Assembly (NCBI GenBank): GCA_038878295.1
Contig: JAVZVY010000006.1
Span: 1 to 34,299, forward strand
Origin: Candidatus Micrarchaeaceae archaeon
GTDB lineage: Archaea > Micrarchaeota > Micrarchaeia > Micrarchaeales > CABMGC01
Direction: 5' to 3'
DNA: 34,299 nt
Part shown: positions 25,314 through 34,299 of the stretch, piece after piece
How the letters are laid out: each line of letters begins with the position of its first letter
Numbering within the stretch: position 1 is the first letter of the stretch
Position numbers and translations under genes: made by a program
Notes under the pieces: generated by a model
What the model saw: only the letters and a program-made list of their open reading frames with translations
The model's database searches: none
Told to the model about the DNA's origin: nothing

Positions 25314-27509
25314 ATGCTCAGCAAAAATCTTATAAGAGAATATGCGGTTGTGGCACTTTTATTCCTAATGCTATCCCTACTGCTCTTTTGGAATATTACT
25401 TTGGGAATCGCTTCCACAGTCCCAAACGGCGGGGGCGATGTATATCAGACCCTATGGAATCTGTGGTGGGTCGGCTACGCGACGCTTAAACTGCACACCT
25501 CGATATACTTTTCAAGCCTGCTCTATTATCCGGTAGGGGCGAACCTTGTAACTCAAACGTTGTCTCCGCTTGCAGGGATATTCAGCCTGCCGTTTCAGGC
25601 TGTAAATCTGGTCTTTGCATATAATGTGATTTTCTTCGTAGATTTCGTCCTTGCTGGGCTTTTCATGTACATGCTTGCTGATCACATACTCAAAAACAAA
25701 TACGCAGCTTTTGTGGCAGGCATCATATTTGCCTTTTCACCTATGCATATAGCGCAGTCCCTCGGCCACCTGAATTGGACAAGCATAGAATTTATGCCGA
25801 TATTCATACTGCTCTTCATGCTTACAATCGAAAGGAAGAGGATTGTATACCCTGTGGGTGCTGGGATAAGCTTTGTTTTTGTTACTTTTTGGGGCGACCC
25901 TGAGCAGGGGATAATGGCGCTGCTTTTTGCACTTCTGATGATTCTTTACTACCTTGTCAGCAGAAAAAGAAACGAGATCCTCAATTTGAAGTTTGTGGAA
26001 AACCTTCTTGTGATGATTGTCGCAGCTTTTATTGTAGGCGCGCCCTTTTTTATACCGGTGGTTAATGGCATTAGAAACGGGGCCCTTGCACAGGCTGCGC
26101 AACTCGATTCTATTCAGTACAACATGCTTTGGAGCGATCCGCTAGCATCGTTCTTTCTGCCAAGCCCATACAATATTATCTTTAGTTCTGCGTCAAACTC
26201 ATACAAGCAGATTTATGCTGCAGATCCAACGGAGCGCGTGTCATACTTGGGCTATGTTGCAATATTTCTCGCGCTTTACGGTTTATTTAGAAGCTATAAG
26301 AATAGGGATTACTCTTTCATAGCTTTTTGGGTTTTGGCCTTTTTGGTCTTCGCGTGGCTCTCATTGGGTCCGTACGTCCAGATTGGAAGCCTGCCAAACG
26401 CTGTGGGAGGCATTCCGGGCATATACCTGCTTTACAGGCAACTGCCTGTGATTAACTTAATAAGGGAAGCAGGCAGATTCGACATGGTAACGACAATCGC
26501 GCTTGCAGTGCTCGCAGCATACGGCTTCAAAGAGCTGTTGTCGAGACTCGAAAATTCAAAGCATTCAAAAAATTACAAGGCATATGTCACCGCCGCCTTT
26601 GCATTTCTGATTCTGCTCGAATATAGTGGTTTTGTCATTGGCAGCGGCCATTTCATCACACCGCACATACCTAAAGCATATTACGAGATAGGCAACATTA
26701 CAGGCAATTTCACTGTGCTTGTGCTGCCAGCTACTGTGAATTCAAGCAATGCGCCCGCGCTCTATTTGGGAATGCAGATGTATTATCAGACCGCATTCAA
26801 GAAACCTATAATAACAGGCTACACTTCAAGGAGCAATGAGACTGAGCTCCTCCCGCAGGAAACTTTGCCTCTGGTGCAGGCCGCGTCAAGCTTGGAGGCA
26901 ACAGGCGTTTTGGCATACTCATCGCCCATAATAACAAATTACACAAACGTCACGCTGCTCTTGATGCGCAACTACAACATAGCGTTCGTTTCGATAATAA
27001 AACAGGCTTACAATCAGGTCGATTTGGAGCAACTCTTCAGCTACTTGTATGGAGTCTTCGGCGCACCCGTTTACAACAGCAACACAACAACTGTATTCGC
27101 TACTAGCGCAGCACTGAGCCGCGCAGGAAGCTCATTTGTGGCTTACCCAGGCCAAAATTGGTTTCCTGGATGGTATATTTGCGAGATATACGGCATAACG
27201 TGCAACGCCACTGTCGATTCGCTTTGGTTCGGCAGCAACGTGAGGGAGATAGTTGCATATACGCCAGTTTCAAGAAGCTATAACATGAGCTTTCGCTACT
27301 TTGCGCCTAGCCCAACGAGCATGAGCATCTACCTTAACGGCGGCAGCGCATCCAATCTGATAAAAGAGTTTCCGGCAAGCGGCGTAGGGAATAAAACAGT
27401 AAGCCTAAGCCTGCTTCGCGGCTACAACCTGATCTTCTTCTATGCACCCAATTCGACGAGCCTTCCAGAGTACACAGACTTTGCAGTAGGCGACATCTCC
27501 TTCAGCTAA
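25314..27509 (+). CDS. Multi-pass membrane protein, probable GT-C-fold glycosyltransferase
   Basis: GGDVYQTLWNLWW, YYPVGANL, AAFVAGIIFAFSP.H, LSLGP, R.AGRF, MYYQT..KPIITGY.SR; sequon-rich extracellular C-terminus. Confidence 0.75.
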   Translation: MLSKNLIREYAVVALLFLMLSLLLFWNITLGIASTVPNGGGDVYQTLWNLWWVGYATLKLHTSIYFSSLLYYPVGANLVTQTLSPLAGIFSLPFQAVNLVFAYNVIFFVDFVLAGLFMYMLADHILKNKYAAFVAGIIFAFSPMHIAQSLGHLNWTSIEFMPIFILLFMLTIERKRIVYPVGAGISFVFVTFWGDPEQGIMALLFALLMILYYLVSRKRNEILNLKFVENLLVMIVAAFIVGAPFFIPVVNGIRNGALAQAAQLDSIQYNMLWSDPLASFFLPSPYNIIFSSASNSYKQIYAADPTERVSYLGYVAIFLALYGLFRSYKNRDYSFIAFWVLAFLVFAWLSLGPYVQIGSLPNAVGGIPGIYLLYRQLPVINLIREAGRFDMVTTIALAVLAAYGFKELLSRLENSKHSKNYKAYVTAAFAFLILLEYSGFVIGSGHFITPHIPKAYYEIGNITGNFTVLVLPATVNSSNAPALYLGMQMYYQTAFKKPIITGYTSRSNETELLPQETLPLVQAASSLEATGVLAYSSPIITNYTNVTLLLMRNYNIAFVSIIKQAYNQVDLEQLFSYLYGVFGAPVYNSNTTTVFATSAALSRAGSSFVAYPGQNWFPGWYICEIYGITCNATVDSLWFGSNVREIVAYTPVSRSYNMSFRYFAPSPTSMSIYLNGGSASNLIKEFPASGVGNKTVSLSLLRGYNLIFFYAPNSTSLPEYTDFAVGDISFS

Positions 27510-27653
27510 TTTCTGAAGCACCAGAGCAGATTTGCGGCTCTTGTATTGATTGAATGATAAAACCTGCAAGAACGCGTTGTAGATAAAAGATATTGCACAA
27601 AAAATTTAAATAATCTTCATGAAAAAAATAAAATAGGCGGCTTGGGTGGGAGT

Positions 27654-27887
27654 ATGGTGGATGAGTTGACTGAAGGGGAGATGTACGAACTTAGAGTCAA
27701 TGCGAAAAATCCGCGTGGAGAAGGCATAGGTCGCATAAAGAACATAATAGTCTTCGTTAAGAATGCCAAAACCAGAATAGGCAGGATTTATAAGGTAAGA
27801 ATAGTGAAGGTGCATAGGACATTCGCATACGCCGAGCCCGTTGACAGCAGCAAGTATTTTATAGGTAATGGTAGCTTAATTGTATAA
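27654..27887 (+). CDS. Single TRAM-domain protein
   Basis: EGEMYELRV..RGEGIGRIK..VFVKNA..G...KVRIVKVHRTFAYAE. Confidence 0.9.
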   Translation: MVDELTEGEMYELRVNAKNPRGEGIGRIKNIIVFVKNAKTRIGRIYKVRIVKVHRTFAYAEPVDSSKYFIGNGSLIV

Positions 27888-27933
27888 CTGGTTTCTTCTA
27901 TTTTAGTTTTAGTTTATAACGCTAGGTGCATAT

Positions 27934-28578
27934 ATGGTACCAGAGGACTACAAGAGAATGGCAGAAAAGATCATGAAAGGCACAACGACAGTCGGGATAA
28001 TTTGCAGCGACGGAGTCGTAATGGGTGCGGATTCAAGAGCTACAATGGATACATTTATAGCAAGCTCTGAAGCAATCAAAATATACAAGATAGACGAGAA
28101 TATAGCAATGACCATCGCCGGCGGAGTCGGAGACGCAGAATACCTTGTCAAATTTCTTAAGATGCAGAACGAGTTATATAAGATGAACGAAGGCAAGCCG
28201 CTTGCGCCTAACTCTGCTACTTCTCTTTTCCACATAGTGCTTCAGGAAAGCAAGATGATGCCTTACTTTGTGCAGCTCATAATAGGTGGCATTGACGACA
28301 ATGGGCCTGAGCTCTACAGCATTGACTTCTTTGGAGGCTATACGAAGGAGTCTAAATTCACCTCGACTGGCAGCGGCTCGCTTACGGCCCTTGGCTACCT
28401 TGAGGACGCATTCAAGCCTGAGAACACCGTAGCGATGTCGGTAAAAATAGCCGCAAAGGCGCTTAAGATCGCTATGAAAAGGGACTCCGCAACGGGAGAC
28501 CATATGAAAATTGTAAGCATAACTAAGGATGGCTACAAAGAATATTCTGAAGAAGAGATAGCAAAACTTCTGGGGTAA
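27934..28578 (+). CDS. psmB: Proteasome subunit beta
   Basis: Propeptide followed by KG/TTTVG, ADSRAT, TGSGS, RDSATG. Confidence 0.96.
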   Translation: MVPEDYKRMAEKIMKGTTTVGIICSDGVVMGADSRATMDTFIASSEAIKIYKIDENIAMTIAGGVGDAEYLVKFLKMQNELYKMNEGKPLAPNSATSLFHIVLQESKMMPYFVQLIIGGIDDNGPELYSIDFFGGYTKESKFTSTGSGSLTALGYLEDAFKPENTVAMSVKIAAKALKIAMKRDSATGDHMKIVSITKDGYKEYSEEEIAKLLG

Positions 28579-28625
28579 CCGCATAAGTCGGTTGCGCTTC
28601 AGGGAGTCATTTTTTCAGTGATTAT

Positions 28626-30569
28626 TTGGCAGAAACTTCGCAGGAAGCGAACAATATTTTCAAAAAGATAGAGGAGATGATGCCTGCAGATGCGGGATTC
28701 ATCAAGGCAGAATATGAAGGACCAGATATAGCCGTTTACGTAAGCAATATATCTGCGGTATACGCCAATGAGAGCACAATAAAGAACATATCGGCAGCGG
28801 TGAAGAAGAAGCTGATAATGAGAAGCGACGCTTCCAAGCTTCTTGATGTAGAGCAGGCTAAGAAGGAGATTGAGAGGATAGTGCCGAAGGAGGCCGAGGT
28901 TGATTTCGCAAATCTGAAGTTCGTTCCTGAGTTCGGTGAGGTTTACATAGAAGCGATGAAGCCGGGTCTTGTTATAGGCAAAGAGGGCTCCACACTTAAG
29001 GAGATAGTGATGGCTACAAGGTGGGTCCCAAAGGTGCTCAGGATACCGACGATGAACAGCGACGTAATAAAGGCCATGAGGCAGCTCACAGTAAACGAAA
29101 GCGAGTTCAGGAAGAAGTTTCTCATAAGCATAGGCAAACGCATAAATACGCCCATACTGAAAAGCGAATGGGTCAAGGCAACAGCGCTCGGCGGCTTCAG
29201 GGAAGTCGGCAGGAGCAGCCTGCTCATAGAGACGAACCATTCAAAAGTGCTGATAGACTGCGGCATAAGCCCCGAACCTGGAATAAAAGGTGCAGATGCC
29301 GCAAACGGCGAGTCAAACAAAGCATTTCCTTACCTCGACAGCGCTAACATATCAATAAACGACCTCGATGCGGTAATACTAACGCACGCGCACATGGACC
29401 ACGCAGGTTTCGTTCCATACCTTTTCAAGTACGGATATGAAGGACCTGTATATGTGACGCCTCCAACGAGAGACCTCATAGCGCTGCTAGCATACGATTA
29501 CAGCAAGCTCGTCAAGAAAAGTGGCGGAACGCCGCTCTATGAGGAAAAGGACATAAAGAAAATGCTAATGCATATGATAACAAGAAACTACAATGAAGTA
29601 ACCAACGTAACGGACGAAATAAAGCTAACCTTCCACAACGCTGGCCATATACTTGGAAGCGCAACAGTGCACCTGCATATAGGCGAAGGATTATATAACA
29701 TAGTGCACACAGGCGACATGAAATACAGCTTCACGAGGCTTCTAGATCCTGTAGACACCAGGTATCCGAGAGCCGATGCCCTGTTCATAGAGAGCACTTA
29801 TGGCGCTTCAAATGACATAACTCCGAATAGGCAGGAAGCTGAAATGGAGCTTCTAAATGCCATAAAAAGAACCATAGACAACGGTGGCAAAGTGCTTGTG
29901 CCCCTTTTTGCAGTGGGACGTTCGCAGGAGATAATGCTGGCGCTCGAGAGCCACATCTCGAACAACAAGAACTACAAGTTGGAAGTGCCTATATACCTTG
30001 ACGGCATGATCCTTGAAGCCAGTGCGATACATACCGCGTATCCTGAATATCTCAAGGAGTCCTTGCAGAGGCGCATATTGAGCAACGCATCGCCGTTCGA
30101 GAGCGAAATATTCGAAGTTGCGAAGGGTGAGCGCTCAGGCGTAATAGAGGGAGGCCCTTCGGTAATACTTGCAAGCGGCGGAATGCTCAACGGTGGGACA
30201 AGCCTTGAGTATTTCAAGGAGCTGGCCGAAGACCCAAAGAACACGCTGATATTTGTAGGATACAACAGCGCGTCGTCTCTCGGCAGGAGAATTCAAAATG
30301 GGCTAAGCAAGGTCGCTCTGCCTGACGAGGAAGGCAAGCTTAGGGAGATAAACGTCGCAATGCAGATAAAAACCATTGACGGATTTTCAGGCCACAGCGA
30401 CAGGCAGCAGCTCATGAGATTCGTAGAGGATATGACCCCAACGCCCAAGAGGGTATTCACTATGCACGGCGAGGAAAGCAAATGCGAGGACCTGGCAAGA
30501 AGTATAGGTTTAAGGATGCACATAGAAGCCAGGGCGCCAATGAACCTCGATTCGATAAGGCTTAAGTGA
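28626..30569 (+). CDS. fttA: KH-domain beta-CASP ribonuclease aCPSF1 (FttA)
   Basis: KPGLVIGKEG (KH), GGFREVGRS, THAHMDH, AGHILG, ESTYG, GFSGHSD, HGE; TTG start; follows psmB. Confidence 0.96.
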   Translation: MAETSQEANNIFKKIEEMMPADAGFIKAEYEGPDIAVYVSNISAVYANESTIKNISAAVKKKLIMRSDASKLLDVEQAKKEIERIVPKEAEVDFANLKFVPEFGEVYIEAMKPGLVIGKEGSTLKEIVMATRWVPKVLRIPTMNSDVIKAMRQLTVNESEFRKKFLISIGKRINTPILKSEWVKATALGGFREVGRSSLLIETNHSKVLIDCGISPEPGIKGADAANGESNKAFPYLDSANISINDLDAVILTHAHMDHAGFVPYLFKYGYEGPVYVTPPTRDLIALLAYDYSKLVKKSGGTPLYEEKDIKKMLMHMITRNYNEVTNVTDEIKLTFHNAGHILGSATVHLHIGEGLYNIVHTGDMKYSFTRLLDPVDTRYPRADALFIESTYGASNDITPNRQEAEMELLNAIKRTIDNGGKVLVPLFAVGRSQEIMLALESHISNNKNYKLEVPIYLDGMILEASAIHTAYPEYLKESLQRRILSNASPFESEIFEVAKGERSGVIEGGPSVILASGGMLNGGTSLEYFKELAEDPKNTLIFVGYNSASSLGRRIQNGLSKVALPDEEGKLREINVAMQIKTIDGFSGHSDRQQLMRFVEDMTPTPKRVFTMHGEESKCEDLARSIGLRMHIEARAPMNLDSIRLK

Positions 30570-30611
30570 CTTTTGAGAATGCTGCCATAGCGCTAAGGCG
30601 GTGCTGCAAAT

Positions 30612-31697
30612 TTAGAAGGTTTCAAGCCTGGGCCATTCTATAGTATTAGTCTGCTTTACTTCTGCTTCTTCTTCGGTAGCGGACTTTGCAACGCGACCGT
30701 ATGCGAGAAGCACTATGCTTATGAATCCAAGCAGGCTCGTGAGAAGCAGGTAGCTTATGCTGCTGTTTAAGTATTCGTAGCTTATAGCAACGATTATCAG
30801 GCCGCCAAGTATTGCGCTGGAGTAGCTGCCCTTGCCCCTGCGCACAAGGACGTTTACGCCTGCGGCTATTAGCATTAGTATTATTATTGTGTTGAGCAGC
30901 GGAGTCGCATATTTCTGGTAGTTGAGAACAAATGCGGTTAGGCCCGAAGCAGAGACATAGCTAGCTATGTAGGAGAGCTGTGGATATATGAAGTAACCGA
31001 AGATTATGGCGGTAACCAAGAAAATTCCGCCGGCAGCGTTTGAGAACCTGTTGTAGCTTGTAACGGCAGCGGGCTTGCGACCTGTGGCTACCTTGTCTAT
31101 GTCTTCGAGGCAATAGAACTTTCCGTCGTATTCCACAAGATCAGCATAGCAAAATGGCCTCTTGCAGTAGCTGCATATAGCATACGCGGGTCTCCACGGA
31201 TGCAGAACGCATGTAAGCCCTTTTGCGGCTTCGATGCTATCTTTCTCTGTCTTGGAAAGCTTCTTAGGTCCAGGAAGAACTTCCGCAAGCTCCTGCTCTG
31301 TTTCGGCTTCGCCGAAACCCTTTTCGAGAACAGCCTCTGTTATGTATTTGGATTCTTCCTCAGCTTCCTGCGATTTCTCCTTGCCGATTGCAGGCTTGGG
31401 CTTTCCAGAAAAGAACAAGGAGGTCTTTGCAGCCTTCGGTTTTGCTTCCGCAGCTTTTGTCTCTTGCTTTTGAGGTTTCTGAATTTGAGGAGGCTGCTGA
31501 TATACAGCTTGCTGCGGCTGCTCAGCGGGCTTCTCAGGCTTGGAAACCTGCTGCTTGGGAGCATTCGGCTGTGCCGGCTGCTCCGGTTGCGGTTCGGCCC
31601 TAACTTGCGCCTGCTGAGAGGGCGAAGGCCCCGCAAAATGCATGTTCCTCATTTTGAATATGAGCATGTCATTCGGGTCAACGACCATGCCAACCAC
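30612..31697 (-). CDS. Membrane protein with P/Q-rich N-terminus, B-box-like zinc finger and about 4 TM helices
   Basis: CVLHP..AICSYCKRPFCYAD..YCLED; hydrophobic C-terminal helices; start 31697 or 31688. Confidence 0.75.
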   Translation of the reverse strand: MVGMVVDPNDMLIFKMRNMHFAGPSPSQQAQVRAEPQPEQPAQPNAPKQQVSKPEKPAEQPQQAVYQQPPQIQKPQKQETKAAEAKPKAAKTSLFFSGKPKPAIGKEKSQEAEEESKYITEAVLEKGFGEAETEQELAEVLPGPKKLSKTEKDSIEAAKGLTCVLHPWRPAYAICSYCKRPFCYADLVEYDGKFYCLEDIDKVATGRKPAAVTSYNRFSNAAGGIFLVTAIIFGYFIYPQLSYIASYVSASGLTAFVLNYQKYATPLLNTIIILMLIAAGVNVLVRRGKGSYSSAILGGLIIVAISYEYLNSSISYLLLTSLLGFISIVLLAYGRVAKSATEEEAEVKQTNTIEWPRLETF

Positions 31698-31925
31698 TTA
31701 AGGCCTTTTGAAACGCATAGCTTCTCTCTTCTTTCTTTCGAATATGCCAAGATGCTTGGCGCAGCTTATGCAGTAGTATACTTTTCTTTTTGTGAGGAAC
31801 TTCACATTGTTCTCTGAATGCGAGTCCGTGTTGAATTTTATAACCTTCTCGAACACGACGGCTTTGTTCCTCGGTATAGATCTGCCGCAGTTGTCGCACG
31901 TCACTAGTGGCTCTTTTCCTCTCAT
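31698..31925 (-). CDS. rps26e: 30S ribosomal protein S26e
   Basis: RGKEPLVTCDNCGRSIPRNKAV..YYCISCAKHLGI; ATG 31925 with GGTG SD. Confidence 0.92.
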   Translation of the reverse strand: MRGKEPLVTCDNCGRSIPRNKAVVFEKVIKFNTDSHSENNVKFLTKRKVYYCISCAKHLGIFERKKREAMRFKRP

Positions 31926-31998
31926 ATAGTGCACCAATATTATTTGAATACAAAATAATAAAAGTCCTTTGCAAATAAGCAGCAATCTGTTACCAGAG

Positions 31999-33462
31999 CT
32001 ATGACAGCAGCTTGTTTATGTTGGGCATGCTCTCGAGGGCCCTGTCCTGCTCGATTTGCTGGTAGACCATGTACATTATTCCAACGAGCAGCAGTATGCC
32101 CATTCCGGAACCGACGGCTCCTGTGAGCGTGGCGAAGGCCGCAAGCAGCCCGACGAAAAGGCTTCCGAGAACGGTTACTGTCATTATATACTTCTTAAGC
32201 AGGTTTTCGACTATTCTTGGGTCCCGTCTGAACCCAGGAATCTGCCAGCCGACGCTCTGCAGCTGGTCTGCGACCGCCTTCGGATTCTGACCAGTCATTT
32301 CTATCCAGAACCTTCCGAAAACTACGCAGAGTATGAGCAAAACAAGCACATACACGGCCACATGGACCATTTCTGGAACCTGAACCACGCCTCCCCACGG
32401 CAGGTAAAGCGGCGAAGTTCCCTCGAAGAACGCGATGTATGCGGGATAACCTCCACCATAAGGTGGAGGATACGGCAACGGGAATGTTGGTGATATTAAG
32501 TACACAAGGCCTCCGACAAGATTAAGGGTTGTGCCGCCTGTGCCAGTCGCCACGGGTTGATAATAGGCTATGAAGCGCGCGAGACCCATGAAGCTACCGG
32601 TAACGCCGGCCAACGGTCTAAACCAGACAGTAAAGCTCAACTCGAGGGACATTGCGAGTATGACCGGCAAGACGCTCACATAAAGGAAAGGTATCGGCAG
32701 GCGGCCGCCCACGCCCCTGAATTGGCTGAAGGCAAGCGGCAGCTCGACCTTTATGTCGTAAGCGTATATGCTTATGAGCATTACAAGTATAGCAAAAAAT
32801 AGCGGACCGAAAGCAAGAAGGGAATTCGGTATTGCTGTAGCGCCACCGGTAGTTATCGCAGTGACAGCCGCAGGAAAGAGTATCTGTATGGTGCCAGCTA
32901 TGAGGGCAAACGAAACTCCCGCAGCTATGAAAAGGTTTATGCCGGATGTTATGCCGTATTTTGTCATAGCCTCATCTAGGAATATTATGAATATAGCGGC
33001 TATTGCAAGCTGCAGTACCACAAGGCCGACCAGAGACGCGCTTGTGACCGGCACGTAACCAGTTGCTACGAAGACATAGGCTTCCACTATGGCTATGCCT
33101 GCGGCGAAGAGCTTCTGAAGGCTCTGGAAGCGACCTTTCTGCTCGTTGTCGCCAAGGTCTACGTTTATTATCTTAGAGCCTATGAGCAATTGAAGGAAAA
33201 TGCTTGCTAGCACTATCGGGCCTATGCCAACTGTGACGAGGCTTCCTATTCTTGCAGCGAAGACTATGCTTATGAGCTGGAACTCCGGAGAGGTGCTTAT
33301 CAGAGCCTGGTTGACGCCCAGTGCGGGTATGCTGAACATGAGAAGATACGTGCTCAGAATAAGCGCCGTCCACTTCATCTTCTGTCTGAACGACAAAGGC
33401 ATCTCGGGCCTCTTTATGTTAGGCACTAGCTTTAGCAGTGGATCAAGCTTCTCTAGCCCCAT
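31999..33462 (-). CDS. secY: Protein translocase subunit SecY/Sec61-alpha
   Basis: KMKWT, GIGPIV, KYGITSGINLFIAAG, PIPFLYVSVLPVIL, IPGFRRD, GSGMGILL. Confidence 0.97.
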   Translation of the reverse strand: MGLEKLDPLLKLVPNIKRPEMPLSFRQKMKWTALILSTYLLMFSIPALGVNQALISTSPEFQLISIVFAARIGSLVTVGIGPIVLASIFLQLLIGSKIINVDLGDNEQKGRFQSLQKLFAAGIAIVEAYVFVATGYVPVTSASLVGLVVLQLAIAAIFIIFLDEAMTKYGITSGINLFIAAGVSFALIAGTIQILFPAAVTAITTGGATAIPNSLLAFGPLFFAILVMLISIYAYDIKVELPLAFSQFRGVGGRLPIPFLYVSVLPVILAMSLELSFTVWFRPLAGVTGSFMGLARFIAYYQPVATGTGGTTLNLVGGLVYLISPTFPLPYPPPYGGGYPAYIAFFEGTSPLYLPWGGVVQVPEMVHVAVYVLVLLILCVVFGRFWIEMTGQNPKAVADQLQSVGWQIPGFRRDPRIVENLLKKYIMTVTVLGSLFVGLLAAFATLTGAVGSGMGILLLVGIMYMVYQQIEQDRALESMPNINKLLS

Positions 33463-33474
33463 TCAAATACCTGG

Positions 33475-34299
33475 TTAGCCGGGCTTAAGCCGCATTCGCA
33501 GCACGTAGGAATTGTTAGCCCCTAGCTCTCTTTTTATTTCTACGCCACTATTATATAAATCTTTTACCATGCCGGCAAAAAGGGCAGCATAGCCATTAAC
33601 CAGGCTGCCTATGGAATTGGCCATGCCATATTTTATAGATATGCCGCGCAGGAAGCCATTGCGCTTTACGAAATTGACGCCCTCTGCGCCGGTTGTTTTT
33701 GACATGCTGCTGAGAAGCTTGTCGTTTGCCATATTGGAATTTTTGGCGTATTCGGCAATTTTGCTGCCTGTGGCATAAAGCACTTTGTATAGGCTTTCTG
33801 TTATAGACTTCTCAAGAAGCGGCAACATATAAAGCAAGTAGTAGTCCTCATTGACTGCTTCAACATCTGCGCTTGAATGCACGATTGCTGCAGCAAGCGT
33901 TTCAACTACGTTGTTCAGATTTTTCTCAGCAGAGTTAGACGCATTTGCCGCTTCCTTTGGTTCCGCAATAAACTGGCAGAAAGCATCGCCGTTGTGCACG
34001 CAGTACTTTTCCTGAACGGCTATGGCTGTGCCAGTAGACGCGCTCAGGTATCCTGCAAGTATTCCCGCCTCATATACGTGAGCCTTCACGCCAAGTTCCA
34101 CACTTGCTTTAGGCTTTCCAACAAAAACACTGCTGTCGTCAAACGGATAATATAGTATTTTTCCGAGGCCGCTGCTTTCCAGCAATCCGAGCAGCGAATT
34201 CATATTACTGCCTTTTGCGTAAAGTATCCTGCCGACAGAAAAACCAGAATTGTACGCGAAATTGCGCATTGTAGCTGTGGCGTTGTAAATCACTCTCGG
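33475..34299 (-). CDS. V4R-domain-like protein (probably 5'-truncated by window edge)
   Basis: AYNSGFSVG, GLGKI, EAGILAGYLS, EKYCVHNGDAFCQF; the second half resembles a degenerate repeat. Confidence 0.7.
   Translation of the reverse strand, partial: PRVIYNATATMRNFAYNSGFSVGRILYAKGSNMNSLLGLLESSGLGKILYYPFDDSSVFVGKPKASVELGVKAHVYEAGILAGYLSASTGTAIAVQEKYCVHNGDAFCQFIAEPKEAANASNSAEKNLNNVVETLAAAIVHSSADVEAVNEDYYLLYMLPLLEKSITESLYKVLYATGSKIAEYAKNSNMANDKLLSSMSKTTGAEGVNFVKRNGFLRGISIKYGMANSIGSLVNGYAALFAGMVKDLYNSGVEIKRELGANNSYVLRMRLKPG

Noticed and set aside
27654..30569. TRAM-psmB-aCPSF1 cluster as a novel system
   Set aside because: The psmB-aCPSF1 linkage is a known conserved archaeal arrangement
1..34299. 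tRNA genes, transposases, integrases, inteins or defence systems
   Set aside because: None recognised by eye; housekeeping protein lengths look normal; an intron-containing or permuted tRNA cannot be fully excluded without tRNAscan-SE

Overview
Gene-dense archaeal chromosome segment, most consistent with a DPANN archaeon of Micrarchaeota (ARMAN) type. This is inferred from a divergent, unlinked 16S rRNA gene with many primer-site mismatches, S26e, a DUF929-like gene, a class III signal-peptide pilin and broken-up ribosomal operons. Most content is housekeeping: S19e-PDCD5-L39e-L31e-eIF6-pfdA-ftsY, rpoL, EF-1alpha/S10, SAM synthetase, DHS, ftsZ-secE, pyrG, psmB-aCPSF1, secY, and a small glycosylation locus. 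The main feature is a 511-nt bulge-helix-bulge (BHB)-type intron in the 16S rRNA gene (8190-8700). It encodes a degenerate LAGLIDADG protein whose ORF has no stop codon inside the intron and would terminate only in the 3' exon or after crossing the circularisation junction. Also seen: a canonical BHB pre-16S processing stem, compensatory changes at highly conserved 16S core positions, two candidate structured ncRNAs, operator-like palindromes between SAM synthetase and an HTH-CBS regulator, a frameshifted beta-helix gene, an N-terminally truncated Rqc2/NFACT protein and a secE without an obvious start codon. All calls come from motif recognition and manual pairing; no searches were run.
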